Shown: in pieces, positions 1-9,927 of the stretch
Layout of the letters: the number at the start of each line of letters is the position of its first letter
Numbering within the stretch: position 1 is the stretch's first letter
Source of the DNA: Ancylonema sp.
Taxonomy: Eukaryota
Direction of reading: 5' to 3'
Length of the DNA: 20,000 bases
NCBI GenBank assembly: GCA_050230475.1
Contig: JBFLGF010000018.1
Location: 121,410-141,409 of the forward strand
Notes under the pieces: model-generated
What the model was told of the DNA's origin: nothing
What the model saw: only the letters and a program-made list of their open reading frames with translations
Databases searched by the model: none
Made by a program: the position numbers and the translations under genes

Positions 1-1
1 A

Positions 2-112
2 TTTGACGAGTATAAGCAAAGTGGTCGTCCCACGGTGGAAATCAAGTTTGATCTCGATGACAAGATCCTTGCTGCTCTAGGAGTCGGTGTCCCCACCTCT
101 GTTGCAGCGTAG
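2..112 (+). CDS. 3' end of an ORF entering from the left of the window, possibly the C-terminus of an LTR-retrotransposon pol
   Basis: Open frame FDEYKQSGRPTVEIKFDLDDKILAALGVGVPTSVAA* ends at TAG 110-112. It runs straight into a purine tract and then TG, the usual pol-stop/PPT/3'LTR arrangement. No diagnostic motif is visible. Confidence 0.35.
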   Translation, partial: FDEYKQSGRPTVEIKFDLDDKILAALGVGVPTSVAA

Positions 113-420
113 GGAGGGGAGAGAGTGATCAATGGTGTTACAACCGCGGGTTGGAGTAGGTGGGGATTAAGCTAAGCAGAAGCTAGGTTGCAACAGGTTG
201 CTAGGTTGCCAAGTTGCTAGGTTGCAAGAGTTGGAAACACTTTGTACGGATTGTGCCATCATTGAGGCCAAAGTTCACATCGTGTACAACCTTGCAGCAT
301 GCCTTTCTAACAATTACGTCAAAGTTTGTGTAATGTAGTCACATCATGTAGGCATCGAACTTTACCGCGCAGGGTCCTATTGAACATCCTACCCGAAACT
401 GTCACTCACAGACACTCAAC
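111..420 (+). mobile_element. Putative polypurine tract (111-125) and 3' LTR starting TG at 126; right boundary uncertain
   Basis: AGGGAGGGGAGAGAG is followed by TGATCAATGG. Short (CTA)GGTTGC repeats at ~183-228 are U3-like. There is no second LTR copy in the window to confirm it. Confidence 0.35.
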
Positions 421-1019
421 TTTAGATCTTAGTTTTTTTTTTTGGGGGAATGAAGTGATTTGGTCACGTGAAAATAAATCGCAAAACGGAAATGAAATTA
501 TGAACATGATGAAAATTATGAAAGTGTTTTATATTAAGATTGATTTGTTATAGCAACAATGTATGGTCACTCGAGAAATCCAATCGCCAATTATGCTTAT
601 TTAGTGTGTCAATGAACTACAACTTCAAAACATATGCGGATTAAGTGCAGTTTGGATCAAAGCATTATCTAAGATCACCCGTGAGGGATCAGGCCGAACT
701 CACCATACTTCCGGGATTTTCGCCACCAATGGTGCGTGAGAGCTTTTTGTCCCCCAATCAATTTCCACACAAATGATCCACGCCCAAATCCGGATTGGCG
801 CCGGTTTGCAAAACCTATTGGATCAGGCCCAACTATGGTGCAGATTATGCACCATGCACCATGTGTATGTTATGCACTGCAAAACATACACTTGTTGACA
901 ATCATGGTTCACAATTCACACACTTCAATTTGTTTTCGCTATAGGGAGAATGGAATCGATGTGTGGTTACCATGGGATCTTTGGACACTTCGGTAAATGT
1001 GGAGTTGACGAGGAAAGAG

Positions 1020-1983
1020 AAAACGAAGACAAGAGTAGTCCACATTGAAGACTATATTTTATTGAAGAGCGTTTTTAAATACCCAATTTGAAAAGTTTAT
1101 GGACATCAGCGATTGAACATGGACTCTTGGTGATAAGCGTTAATCAACCAGATAACGGTTATTTTTGGTTGACTCTTCATCAAAATAGCGACGATTTTCT
1201 CGGAATATAGAAACGCTCAACAAAACGCGAAGTGAAGTTGAAAATGTCCTTGGTCGTTATCAATAAAGATATGTTGGGTTGATACTCGAAGGTTTTATTT
1301 TCATGATTTAAGCCGAGCTCCCTCCCGGGGTGAGAAAAATCAAGGTTGACCACTAGAATAGTTGGTCTAGTAACATCCCGGGAGCCAATTGGTGTACCTC
1401 ACACACTCTTAAGTTTACTCGGAGGTTGCGGAGAAATCGAGAACCTTCATATGACAATTCACATGTACAAAGGCTTGCCACGATTATAATAGGAGCCGCA
1501 CATGGCAACATACCTTTTTTTCCAAGGTGGTTCAAGGAGAAGTGAAGCGGGCATGTGAAGATTGATTTCATCACCAAAGCATTATCGGTCAGATCGGAAA
1601 AGGTTCTAACGTCTTTCCGCTGCGGTACGCTAACGGGATTTGTGATCACTATGTTGACACAATGGCACGTATGTGAAGAGTTTTGGAACACTCTCACTAG
1701 ACGTGCTACGTTAAAAAATCTTAATTGGAAAGGTCCGGGTTTTGTTTTTTTAGCTACCCCCAGAGTTGATCACATTAGCGGTACGCTAACGGGATTTGTA
1801 CACAAAGTCATCTATGTGAACAGTGAAATACTCAGCGATGAAAATTGGACACGGGCGGATTACGATGTTTTCTCTCTTTGGTCTAATTACATATATCATT
1901 TGATAGGGGGTTGTGTGAAAGTAAACAATGTGACATACACGGGCTGGAAATATCGAGGAGTCGGGATCTTTCATAGAAACTAA
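1020..1983 (+). pseudogene. AT-rich decayed reading frame of unknown family
   Basis: The 142-aa ORF 1555-1983 continues upstream in the same frame through isolated stops (ELPPGVRKIKVDH*NSW...PRWFKEK*SGHVKIDF...). Further protein-like stretches with frameshifts reach ~1020. A 22-nt repeat GCGGTACGCTAACGGGATTTGT (GTLTGFV) occurs at ~1622 and ~1778. Strand and identity are not certain. Confidence 0.25.
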
Positions 1984-2228
1984 TAGTGAGTTAGCATCTT
2001 GGTGAATTGATGAGCGTAATTACAGTAATCCTGCAAAAAATTCAATTTGGAGTAGCTCTTATGTGATCCCTCCATTTTTTCTTGCCCAAAAAAATAAGTC
2101 TCCAAATCATTGTTATTACTTGTGGCGAAGCCTACCTTTAGTTATATTTTCACCATAGATGTACCCAAATGTAGGGGGGGGTTGCTCCCGAACTTCTTCG
2201 AACGCGCTCGGACCGAATCGTAGGCACC

Positions 2229-2449
2229 TGACGTACCTATAGAGATCGATGACGTCACAAACGTGCGGCTAGGCTAAGCACACTACAAACACGCTAAGGA
2301 CACAAGCGGACACGTGCGGATAGAGACCCGTCCAAGTCCCGTACAACATAGCAAGCAAAGAGCTAACTACTTGCATCACAAACACATATCATCACACACA
2401 CACTCGCACATCTAGCAAGCAAGCTAGCGTGCACCACTTTGGTTTTACT
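2229..2449. repeat. Split repeat B, terminal copy
   Basis: 221 bp; 6 substitutions versus 2928-3148 by manual alignment (~97%). Confidence 0.95.
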
Positions 2450-2451
2450 AT

Positions 2452-2925
2452 TATCCAAGGCAATGGAGACCTTGGTTGGCCACATGCGCCGTGAGCTGGC
2501 GATCTGTTCGGCTAGTGGGTATCCTGCCAACCTCTAAAATACAGCACACCGCAGCGGCATCAAGCACACAGCAAGGCAAGACACGTGCGAGGCGATGATA
2601 GAAGTTCTGGGAAATTATGAGAAAAGTTGGGGTACAAAGCTCTTCCTGTCCCTATTCTAGTGCAGTGGGTGAGGCACCCACGCACGTGCGAAATTCAGCG
2701 CAAAAGTAATATGCGTAACGTTTACGAGCAAATCTGGCTAGACCAATCAGAAATCACGGTCAGTGGAGGGTCATCCATCTTACGGTCTCACGTTACAAGG
2801 GTGACTTGTAGACCGCTATAACGAATGCAAGCTACTTGGATATGGTAGGGGCGTATCTACTAGTAACCGATCGGCTATAACGGGGGAGAATCTGCTATAA
2901 GCTACCGATCCCTAGCGCTACGACA
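2452..2925. repeat. Split repeat A, internal copy
   Basis: 474 bp; about 20 substitutions and one 5-bp indel versus 5656-6124 by manual alignment (~95%). Confidence 0.95.
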
Positions 2926-2927
2926 GC

Positions 2928-3148
2928 TGACGTACCTATAGAGATCGATGACGTCACAAACGTGCGGCTAGGCTAAGCACACTGCAAACACGCTAAGGAC
3001 ACAAGCGGACACGTGCGGATAGAGACCCGTCCACGTCCTGTACAACATAGCAAGCAAAGAGCTAACTACTTGCATCACAAACACATATCATCACACACAC
3101 ACTCGCACATCTAGCAAGCAAGCTAGCATGCACCAATTTGGTTTCACT
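2928..3148. repeat. Split repeat B, internal copy
   Basis: Starts TGACGTACC, 2 nt (GC) after the CA end of repeat A. Ends at the C-run that forms a PPT on the minus strand. Confidence 0.95.
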
Positions 3149-3166
3149 CCCCCCCCCAATCTCTCG
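3147..3166 (-). other. Polypurine tract-like sequence abutting repeat B
   Basis: Minus strand reads GAGAGATTGGGGGGGGGAG|TGAAACC, and homology between the two B copies stops exactly here. Confidence 0.65.
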
Positions 3167-4559
3167 GCTGAGATCACCAAAGCCAGAGGTTGAAAACTCA
3201 AAGGCTATACTACAAGTAGGCCCCCGCAAGTTCCACCCACCCCTGCAAGACATCGTAGTAGACCTCGTGATAAGAACACAACAGGGCCCCAAGTGGAATG
3301 TCTGCTAAGGGTGGAGAAATAAAACAAGTAAACATTGGAATGCTGCACACTAAGAAAACTACGCACCACAACAAGTCGGCACACTAAAGAGCTTCGGCGG
3401 TACCGCAAGTCTTGTAACCACTCCTATGGGTCTGAGCTACTGGAGTGTCTCCCCAGTCTGTGGCAAATGTGAAAAGTTGGTGAAGTTTGATCTTGCGTGA
3501 AACAAATGAAACCACGAAAAGCCAAAGAAAATAGTTCCAAGCGCCATGCGGTACCCGCGCCACACCACAAGTTGTCAGTATGAAAGTTTTCCATTCCCCC
3601 CCCCCCAAGCTGATGACTCGTCTGTCGAAGCAGCTTGGCTATACCGAGTACAGGGGTAGAGATGAAGAAGTTATCAAAGTGACCCCCCCCCCAGATTGCA
3701 CCCCTCTCCCCCCCCCATACTACAAAGTCAGAGTTTCAAGGTGAGGAAGGGAAGGAAAGGAGTCGCGCGCTGATGGAGATCTAGCGGCTGGCTGCAGAAC
3801 TGCTGAGAGCTGGCCACACTTATCCCAAGTGCGCAAACTGTCCCCCTTTCTGCCCCCCCCCCCAGCCCCCCCCCCAGCCCCCCCCCTCCGTTTCCACGAG
3901 GTTCAAAGCTGGTTGTCTGAGAGGGTGAAGGTGGAAGGGTAGAGAAGGCTGAAGAGAAGAAAAAGGGTGTAAGGAAGGAGAGGGACCAGGGTGATGATCA
4001 GCCACATAGACTGGGCTCGATGAAGTGCACCGCCCACTACATATACCACACCGCTCACCGCTGGCTCCACTCCAAAGTGAACACTGACCAGGAGGGTGGT
4101 CCAGGTGCTCATACAGTAAAGGCCGTCGAGGGAAAAGTTGCTGCACGGGTGCCAAGGTTGAGAGACTTGCACCCGCCAGATGGTGAACACCGCTGCGCAG
4201 CTTCTGAACAAGAGGGGCCTCACGGGCTGCTGCTGAACGCAAAAGAAGACCAGCCAGCGGGAGGCCAGATGAACACATATCGACTTGATCCAAACTGCTG
4301 CGTGGAGACTGCTGCGCCTGACTGTACGGAGCCAGGGTCTGAAGTAAAAGCTGGTTCATAGGCTTTGTAAAAGGTTCAGATTGAGTTTGAAGGTTTAGAA
4401 TGGGAAGTGTGGGAAGGTTAGGAAAGAGGAAAGAGGGAAGCCACTTTCCGAGGTGGAGTGGTGCTTCTGCTGCTCCTGGCCACGGATCCTGCAACGACTG
4501 CTGCGCTGCTGTGAGGACCCCTGCTGGCGCCACCACTTCCCCCCTGCGACCCAAGCCAG

Positions 4560-5424
4560 GGTCGAGCTTCTGCGTTGGCAACTGCCGCTTTTCACAAGGT
4601 CGCGCCAACGGCTCCATAGTGGGCACACAGGCTGGAGGCTTGCTCCCTGCTGCAAAGAGTGGCTGCAGTTGTCCAGAAGACCACCCTATCGGCTCCAGCA
4701 GCTGGCAGGCTGGACGCACACTCTAGGGTGCAGACTTTCAGCTCCGCGCTCCACTTGCCATGGAGATGGTGCACAGGAGGGACCTGAATTGAAGAGGGTA
4801 CGCCGGATCGATTTCGATCTTTACCGCCCTGGGCAAAGCATCTTAGAAGCGCAGAGCAGCCTCCCGTGGCAAGATCCGTCTAGAATGCTCGCATGGTGTA
4901 GCGAGGTCGTCAATCTTGAAGAAGATGGTGTAGACTAAATCGCCTGGTTTTGCTTGAAAGTTTCTCAGCTGGTCGACAGCGTCGGAAGCGTTCGTGATGA
5001 ATCGCAGCCGAATCGCTGTGAAGATCGACTCGATGTCATCAGGCTCAACCACGGCCGGAGGTAGAGGTGGATGTGCTGGATCCGGAGGACATGCTGCTTG
5101 TCTCCGCCAGGTTTTCCAAGCTGTCCTTGCAGCTGCTCTGTATGCTTGTCGCTGATGGTCCGCATGACCGGCTGGAAGGACCGCAGTCCTTTCGATGACA
5201 TGGTCGGTCAGAACTTTCCTGGCATCCCGCCCGAGGACAGAAGCCAAGTCGTAGAGGAGGAACTCGATCTCTCCGTAGCCCTTCTTGATGCGAGCTGGTC
5301 GCATGCCTATCTTGTAGTAGAAGCCGCGAACATCTGTAAAGAAATTTGTCTGCTGACTACCAAGCTCCCCGTTGTAGGGAGGTATGGTATCGCCCATTTC
5401 TTCAGAATCGTCTTCTAAGTCCAT
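4560..5424 (-). pseudogene. gag: Retrotransposon Gag (capsid-like), disrupted
   Basis: ORF 5424-4843 has IPPYNGE near the N-terminus and IRLRF...AVDQLRNFQAKPGDLVYTIFFKIDDLA, resembling the gag major-homology region. It continues past a premature stop as RF*DALPRAVKIEI. A possible decayed zinc knuckle (CAHYGAVG...) lies at ~4600-4630. The downstream boundary is approximate. Confidence 0.65.
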
Positions 5425-5655
5425 ATCTCTCTGTCTTCGACCACCCGCGGAGCTAGCGGTGATGTGGAAGTTACTGAGTAGTCAATTGGGGAGCCAGACC
5501 GTGAGCCTGCGGGTCCTGACGCCAGAGTGTTGTCTAATAAGCTACGACCTAGACGGCCACCTCCACTACGCCATGACGTTCATCAGTCATGTGCGCATCG
5601 GGTGGGAGTCGTGCTTAAGCAGACCCAGCTGATAGATCTAACTTTTATGATAAAC

Positions 5656-6124
5656 TATCCAAGGCAATGGAGACCTTGGTTGCCCAGATGCGCCGTGAGC
5701 TGGCGATCTGTTCGGCTAGTGGGTATCCTGCCAACCTCTAAAATACAGCGCAGCGGCATCAAGCACAAAGCAATGCAAGACACGTGCGTGGCGATGATAG
5801 AAGTTACGGGAAGTTATGAGAATAGTTAGGGTACAAAGCTCTTCCTGTCCCTATTCTAGTGCAGTGGGTGAGGCACCCACGCACGTGCGAAGTTCAGCGC
5901 TAAACTAATATGCGTAACGTTTACGAGCAAATCAGGCTAGACCAATCAGAAATCACGGTCAGCGGAGGGTCATCCATCTTACGGTCCTGCGTTACAAGGG
6001 TGACTTGTAGACCGCTATAACGAATGCTAGCTACTTGGTTATGGTAGGGGCGTATCTACTAGTAACCGATCGGCTATAACGGGGGAGAATCCGCTATAAG
6101 CTACCGATCCCTAGCGCTACGACA
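5656..6124. repeat. Split repeat A, terminal copy
   Basis: 469 bp, ends ...CTAGCGCTACGACA followed by CACC. Confidence 0.95.
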
Positions 6125-6149
6125 CACCGCCAATCCGAACGTCCGCGAG

Positions 6150-6962
6150 CATAGTTAACTCCGCCCCGGGCGATTATTTTGCGCCCAATTTGCCACCTGG
6201 GGTGAACCCGCCCCGGAGCGAAAAATCGGGGCGAATATTGTGGGGCGTAGCCATAGACCAAAATACCGAAAAAAAATAAAAAAAAATGCCGCAATGCGGG
6301 GATATGGTCGGTTTTGTTCAAAACTGACTTCTTGGAGAGTGTACGCCATAAGCCACACGTCCGGCATCATCTAATGTCGCCCATGAGTCCGACTCCGTGG
6401 CGTGGCAACGTGTAATGCGACTTAAGTTAAAAATAAAGAAATAGTACTTGAGATATACAAAAGAATATTACACGAGTAAAGATGGCAGTCGTAGTAAGTG
6501 TTGTAGAATCTTGTCGGATTTGAATTTTTATAAGATGTACATGATCTACGTGGACTTGAGATCCTTTCACAAAAAGGGAGAGACTCCGGGCACCCCCCAA
6601 AGCGACTCCCTCCAACTTGCCCGCAGTCTCTCCCTTAAACATATTTCAAACAAATATAGCTTCGAAACGATTTTCGATATTCAAAATAACTGTTTTTGGT
6701 ATTGTAGAGGGGACCACGTAGACAAATTCTCATTTTTATTTATTTTTTTCCCGATCAATGTGGAGTCAAAAAATTGAAGAGACTTCGGGCTGTCGGAGGG
6801 GGGTGCCCGCTGTCGCTTTGGGGGGTTGCCCGCAGTCTCCCTTGAAAAAAACCTGAAAACCCCTCTAGGGTCGTACCCCGGACTCAATTCGCTCATTTCG
6901 CTTGGGGCACCACCCGGTTCGGGCTTGCCCGGGGCGGAATTTGAGGGGCGAAGCTAACTATG
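6150..6962. mobile_element. Non-autonomous TIR DNA transposon (hAT-like ends)
   Basis: TIRs CATAGTTAACTCCGCCCC (6150-6167) and GGGGCGAAGCTAACTATG (6945-6962) match at 16/18. Multiple subterminal CGCCCC/GGGGCG motifs occur at both ends. The 8-bp flanks (TCCGCGAG / ATTTAGAG) share only GAG, so no clean TSD. Confidence 0.6.
6574..6843. repeat. Nested inverted repeat / MITE-like unit
   Basis: AAGGGAGAGACTCCGGGCACCCCCCAAAGCGAC at the left pairs with GTCGCTTTGGGGGGTTGCCCGCAGTCTCCCTT at the right, around an AT-rich core. Confidence 0.55.
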
Positions 6963-7180
6963 ATTTAGAGCCCTATGATCCCGGAAATGATTTGCCCCTC
7001 GAGCTCTGCGCCCGGATGCTTGGGAGATCACGGCCTCACGGGGTCGCCCATCCCTTCGAGTCGACTCTGGGTATCAGAAAGGGCGGTCATTTGTTGGATG
7101 AGACGTACCTTGAAGACTTCCACTGCATTTCAACTGCATTCCAGGACTCGCGTAGGCACATCGCTTCGACTGATCGATCT

Positions 7181-9388
7181 ATGGCGGGTCAAGAGAGTCC
7201 CGACGCGCTGGGCTCTGCGACTGCGGCCCTGACATTCCATGACTTCCTGGAACGAATGCGGAATCCAGCAGCCGCTGATCTTGTGCGAAGTATCAAGAGG
7301 TACAAGTTCTTGTCCCAATATACAGGCTGTCCCGCATCAATGGCGTGTCTTGTGACGAACATGCTGTGATATAGAAATATCGAAACCAGTAGTCCTCACG
7401 GGGAGGTTTGGTGGGCGCAGTTTCATTGTGTCATTCATGGGCAAGGCGCCAAATGCGGAGAGCGACAGCGCTAGTGTCCATGAGTTCGTTAGCAACACAG
7501 AGCAGATGTTTCGAGAGCATTCTCTTTGGGCAGGCGCAACTGAGGAAGAGCTGGATTGTGCTGGAGAGGTAAATTGTCTGTTTGGTTGCCAAAAGTTAGT
7601 GATGGCGAGTATGTAGCATGAAGAAAAATTTCTGGCCCGGGGGTGTTATGAATAATGCACAGTCCACGTGCTTTCAGTAAGGCAGCTGCCAATGACACGG
7701 GTTTGGATGGAATTGTTTGTGTACATCTCCTCCCCCTGGCAAGTGGCCAAGTGATGAAGTAGCTACCCAAATGCAGTGCACAGCTGTGTGCAGTAATAAA
7801 ACTACAGCAGTACCTGCACAGCCGACGGACAAGAAGAGGCTAGCTGTTTCCTCCTAAAATTGAACCATCTTGATTATTTCCACCGGCCCCACGAGTAGCG
7901 AAGGGGTTTCAGACGTGCACCATGGCGCCTCTTTCTCCCCTGTTGGCAGGGCCTGGAGAAGTATCTGATGACCAAACTCTTTCCTCGTGCGTTCGCGCCC
8001 CTCCCCGAGGACGTGGCACGCGATGAGCGCCTCTTCACGAAGCTGGCTGCTCTCCAGCAGTTTGTACGGCCGGAGCACTTGGATATCCCCCCCTCCCACT
8101 ATAATGAGGCCTCCTGGTTGGTGAGGACCCCTCCGTAGACTTCCCTCTGTTCCTCCACTGCCTTCTGATGGGAGAGAAGGGAAGCCATGAAAGGAGTTGG
8201 TTGCGTTTCCCCTGCAGCTTGCTCAAAAGGAGGTTGGCAAGATGGGGTCCTTCAAGGCTCCGCGGGACAAACTCGTGTGCCTTCTCAACTGTTGCCGCGT
8301 CATCAACAACCTGCTCATCAACGCGCACCTGAGGGAAGGGGAAGGAGCCTCTCCAGGCGCTGACGACTTCCTTCCCGTCCTTGTTTACGTGCTGCTCAAG
8401 GTGACAAGCGGGTCGTTCCTAGGGCCAATACGAGGAGGGGATGAGAAGCACGGCATGCCATGGGAGTCTAGTTTTTGGGACTCTGTTTTGACTCTGTTTC
8501 GTGGTGCAGGCCAACCCCCCCCACCTACTTGCCAACGTGGCGTTCATTGAGCGCTACCGCCACCCCTCCCGCCTTGTGTCCGAATCTGCCTACTTCTTCA
8601 CCAACGTGGTGTCAGCGGCCACCTTCCTGGAGACCATGGACGCGTCCTCGCTCACCATGGCGCCACAAGAGTATGAGTCACAGTGGAAACACGCCATGGA
8701 GGCCATGGCAGACAGTGCAGCTCCCCCCGCCCCCGCCCCCGCCCTCGCCTCTACTGATGCCAGCCCTGAAGAACCGAGTGCCACCAAACCTTCTCTGCAG
8801 TCTGGGCATCAGAATACTGGGGCTGGCCTGCAAACCGAACAGGATTTTGAAGCTGATGTGGTGCGAGAGTACCCGTTTGTCTTCGCCACTGCAGATCATC
8901 AGAGAGTCGGGGATGTGGAGATTCTACTGAACCAGTACAAGGAACTGGTTCTCAAATATATCACCCTCTCGAGATCGGTAGCAGGTTCGTCGTCGGCCGT
9001 TCATCGTGCTCTGCCCAAGAAGGGCGATGAGCGTGAAGGGGGGGAAGAGAGACACGGGTCAGCGCAGGCTTTAGAGTCCCGGGAACCCGAAACTGTGCCC
9101 CACGAGGGTCACTCTTCTTTGTTTGATGGCCTGGTGATGGGCATGGAAGGGACAGAAGGCAGGACGGAGATGAAGAGGGAGGTGGAAGGGGATGAGAAGG
9201 CACGTGGTTCAGACCTGGAGTCCATGACGAAAGAAGTGGAGAGAGTGGAGGGAGATGGTAGAGGTGGAGGTTCCACCAAGGGGGGTACACATTTGTCAGA
9301 AAGTGGTGAGGAAAGGAGTGTAGAAGTTTCGGATGAAGTTCTAACCGACCATAGTATCCCCACACATGCACCATGGAGGAGAGGTTGA
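7181..9388 (+). CDS. VPS9A: Vacuolar protein sorting-associated protein 9A-like Rab5 guanine nucleotide exchange factor; join(7181..7299,7421..7568,7950..8120,8218..8400,8510..9388), about 499 aa
   Basis: The spliced product (1500 nt, four GT-AG introns, all in phase) reads FHDFLERMRNPAAADLVRSIKSFIVSF...HSLWAGATEEELDCAGEGLEKYLMTKLF...SWLLAQKEVGKMGSFKAPRDKLVCLLNCCRVINNLL...PGADDFLPVLVYVLLKANPPHL...ESAYFFTN (VPS9 domain). It also has the plant-type C-terminal block YPFVFA...VGDVEILLNQYKELVLKY. Colinear with Arabidopsis VPS9a as recalled. Confidence 0.95.
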
Positions 9389-9926
9389 TAGATAAGGAGG
9401 TGACTGATGCCTAGAGCTCGTAGGGGAGAGCCGCAGCAGGGAAAGATAGACGAATGTGTCATTTATTTGTAAGTAACACTTAGCATGTCCATTGCATACT
9501 GTAACCCAAGAGATGCAGTTTCCTCTCGAATCATTCTAGGTTCAGCTCTATTATGTTTTGCAACAACTAAACAATTTTCAGTACTGTTTAACTATTTCTG
9601 GCCTACAGTTGGGTTTCGGATACGTGCTTTCAAACACATGTGAGTTCTAAACCGTTTATTTTCCTTCGTCAAATCTCGACAGATTCGGGTGGATTAAGCT
9701 CCGTTTATTTTTTTGGTCGGGATTGCTATCCGGCCCACTCCGACCCATCCGGAGCTATCTACAATCTGAATCGTAGTCCGGTCACTAACTAGATTCAAGC
9801 GCGCCCCAACCGGTTTAAAATATGCTTCAAACGGTTTGGGGCCGACAAGGAGAAAGTAAAAAAATTAAGCTAACCTTTTCGGGGCTTTCAAGCCGAACTA
9901 GGTGCATGTAAAAGTGCACACCGTAT

Positions 9927-9927
<1 letters not shown>

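Larger units (their letters stand above)
2229..6124 (-). mobile_element. Non-autonomous gag-bearing retroelement with split direct repeats (minus strand: A-internal-B-A-B), TG...CA termini and 4-bp TSD
   Basis: Repeat B at 2229-2449 and 2928-3148; repeat A at 2452-2925 and 5656-6124. Flanks are CACC (2225-2228) and CACC (6125-6128). Terminal 20-mers TGACGTACCTATAGAGATCG and (reverse complement) TGTCGTAGCGCTAGGGATCG match at 15/20. Gag-like ORF on the minus strand; no RT, integrase or tyrosine recombinase recognised. Confidence 0.85.

Noticed and set aside
685..856. Direct repeat GGATCAGGCC(G/C)AACT and small hairpin ATGGTGCA...TGCACCAT
   Set aside because: Only two short copies with no TIR/TSD or array structure. 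Not a CRISPR and not assignable.
1080..1700. Minus-strand patatin-like protein
   Set aside because: The resemblance is vague, with no GxSxG or DGG motif, and the plus strand is at least as open.
3903..4223. env-like transmembrane gene
   Set aside because: The hydrophobicity is explained by pyrimidine-rich codons opposite a purine-rich tract. No signal peptide or fusion-protein motif is seen.
3820..4938. Several long overlapping ORFs (299 aa, 161 aa, 113 aa) as host genes
   Set aside because: They lie inside the retroelement, overlap on both strands in GC-rich sequence and show no recognisable domain.
2229..6124. Ordinary LTR retrotransposon or solo LTR plus neighbour
   Set aside because: The repeats are not a simple terminal pair. 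B and A are split around the internal region, and a single TSD brackets the whole 3.9 kb.
6902..7180. N-terminal extension of VPS9 suggested by the ORF track
   Set aside because: It starts at a non-ATG codon inside the TIR element. Homology to VPS9A begins just after ATG 7181.
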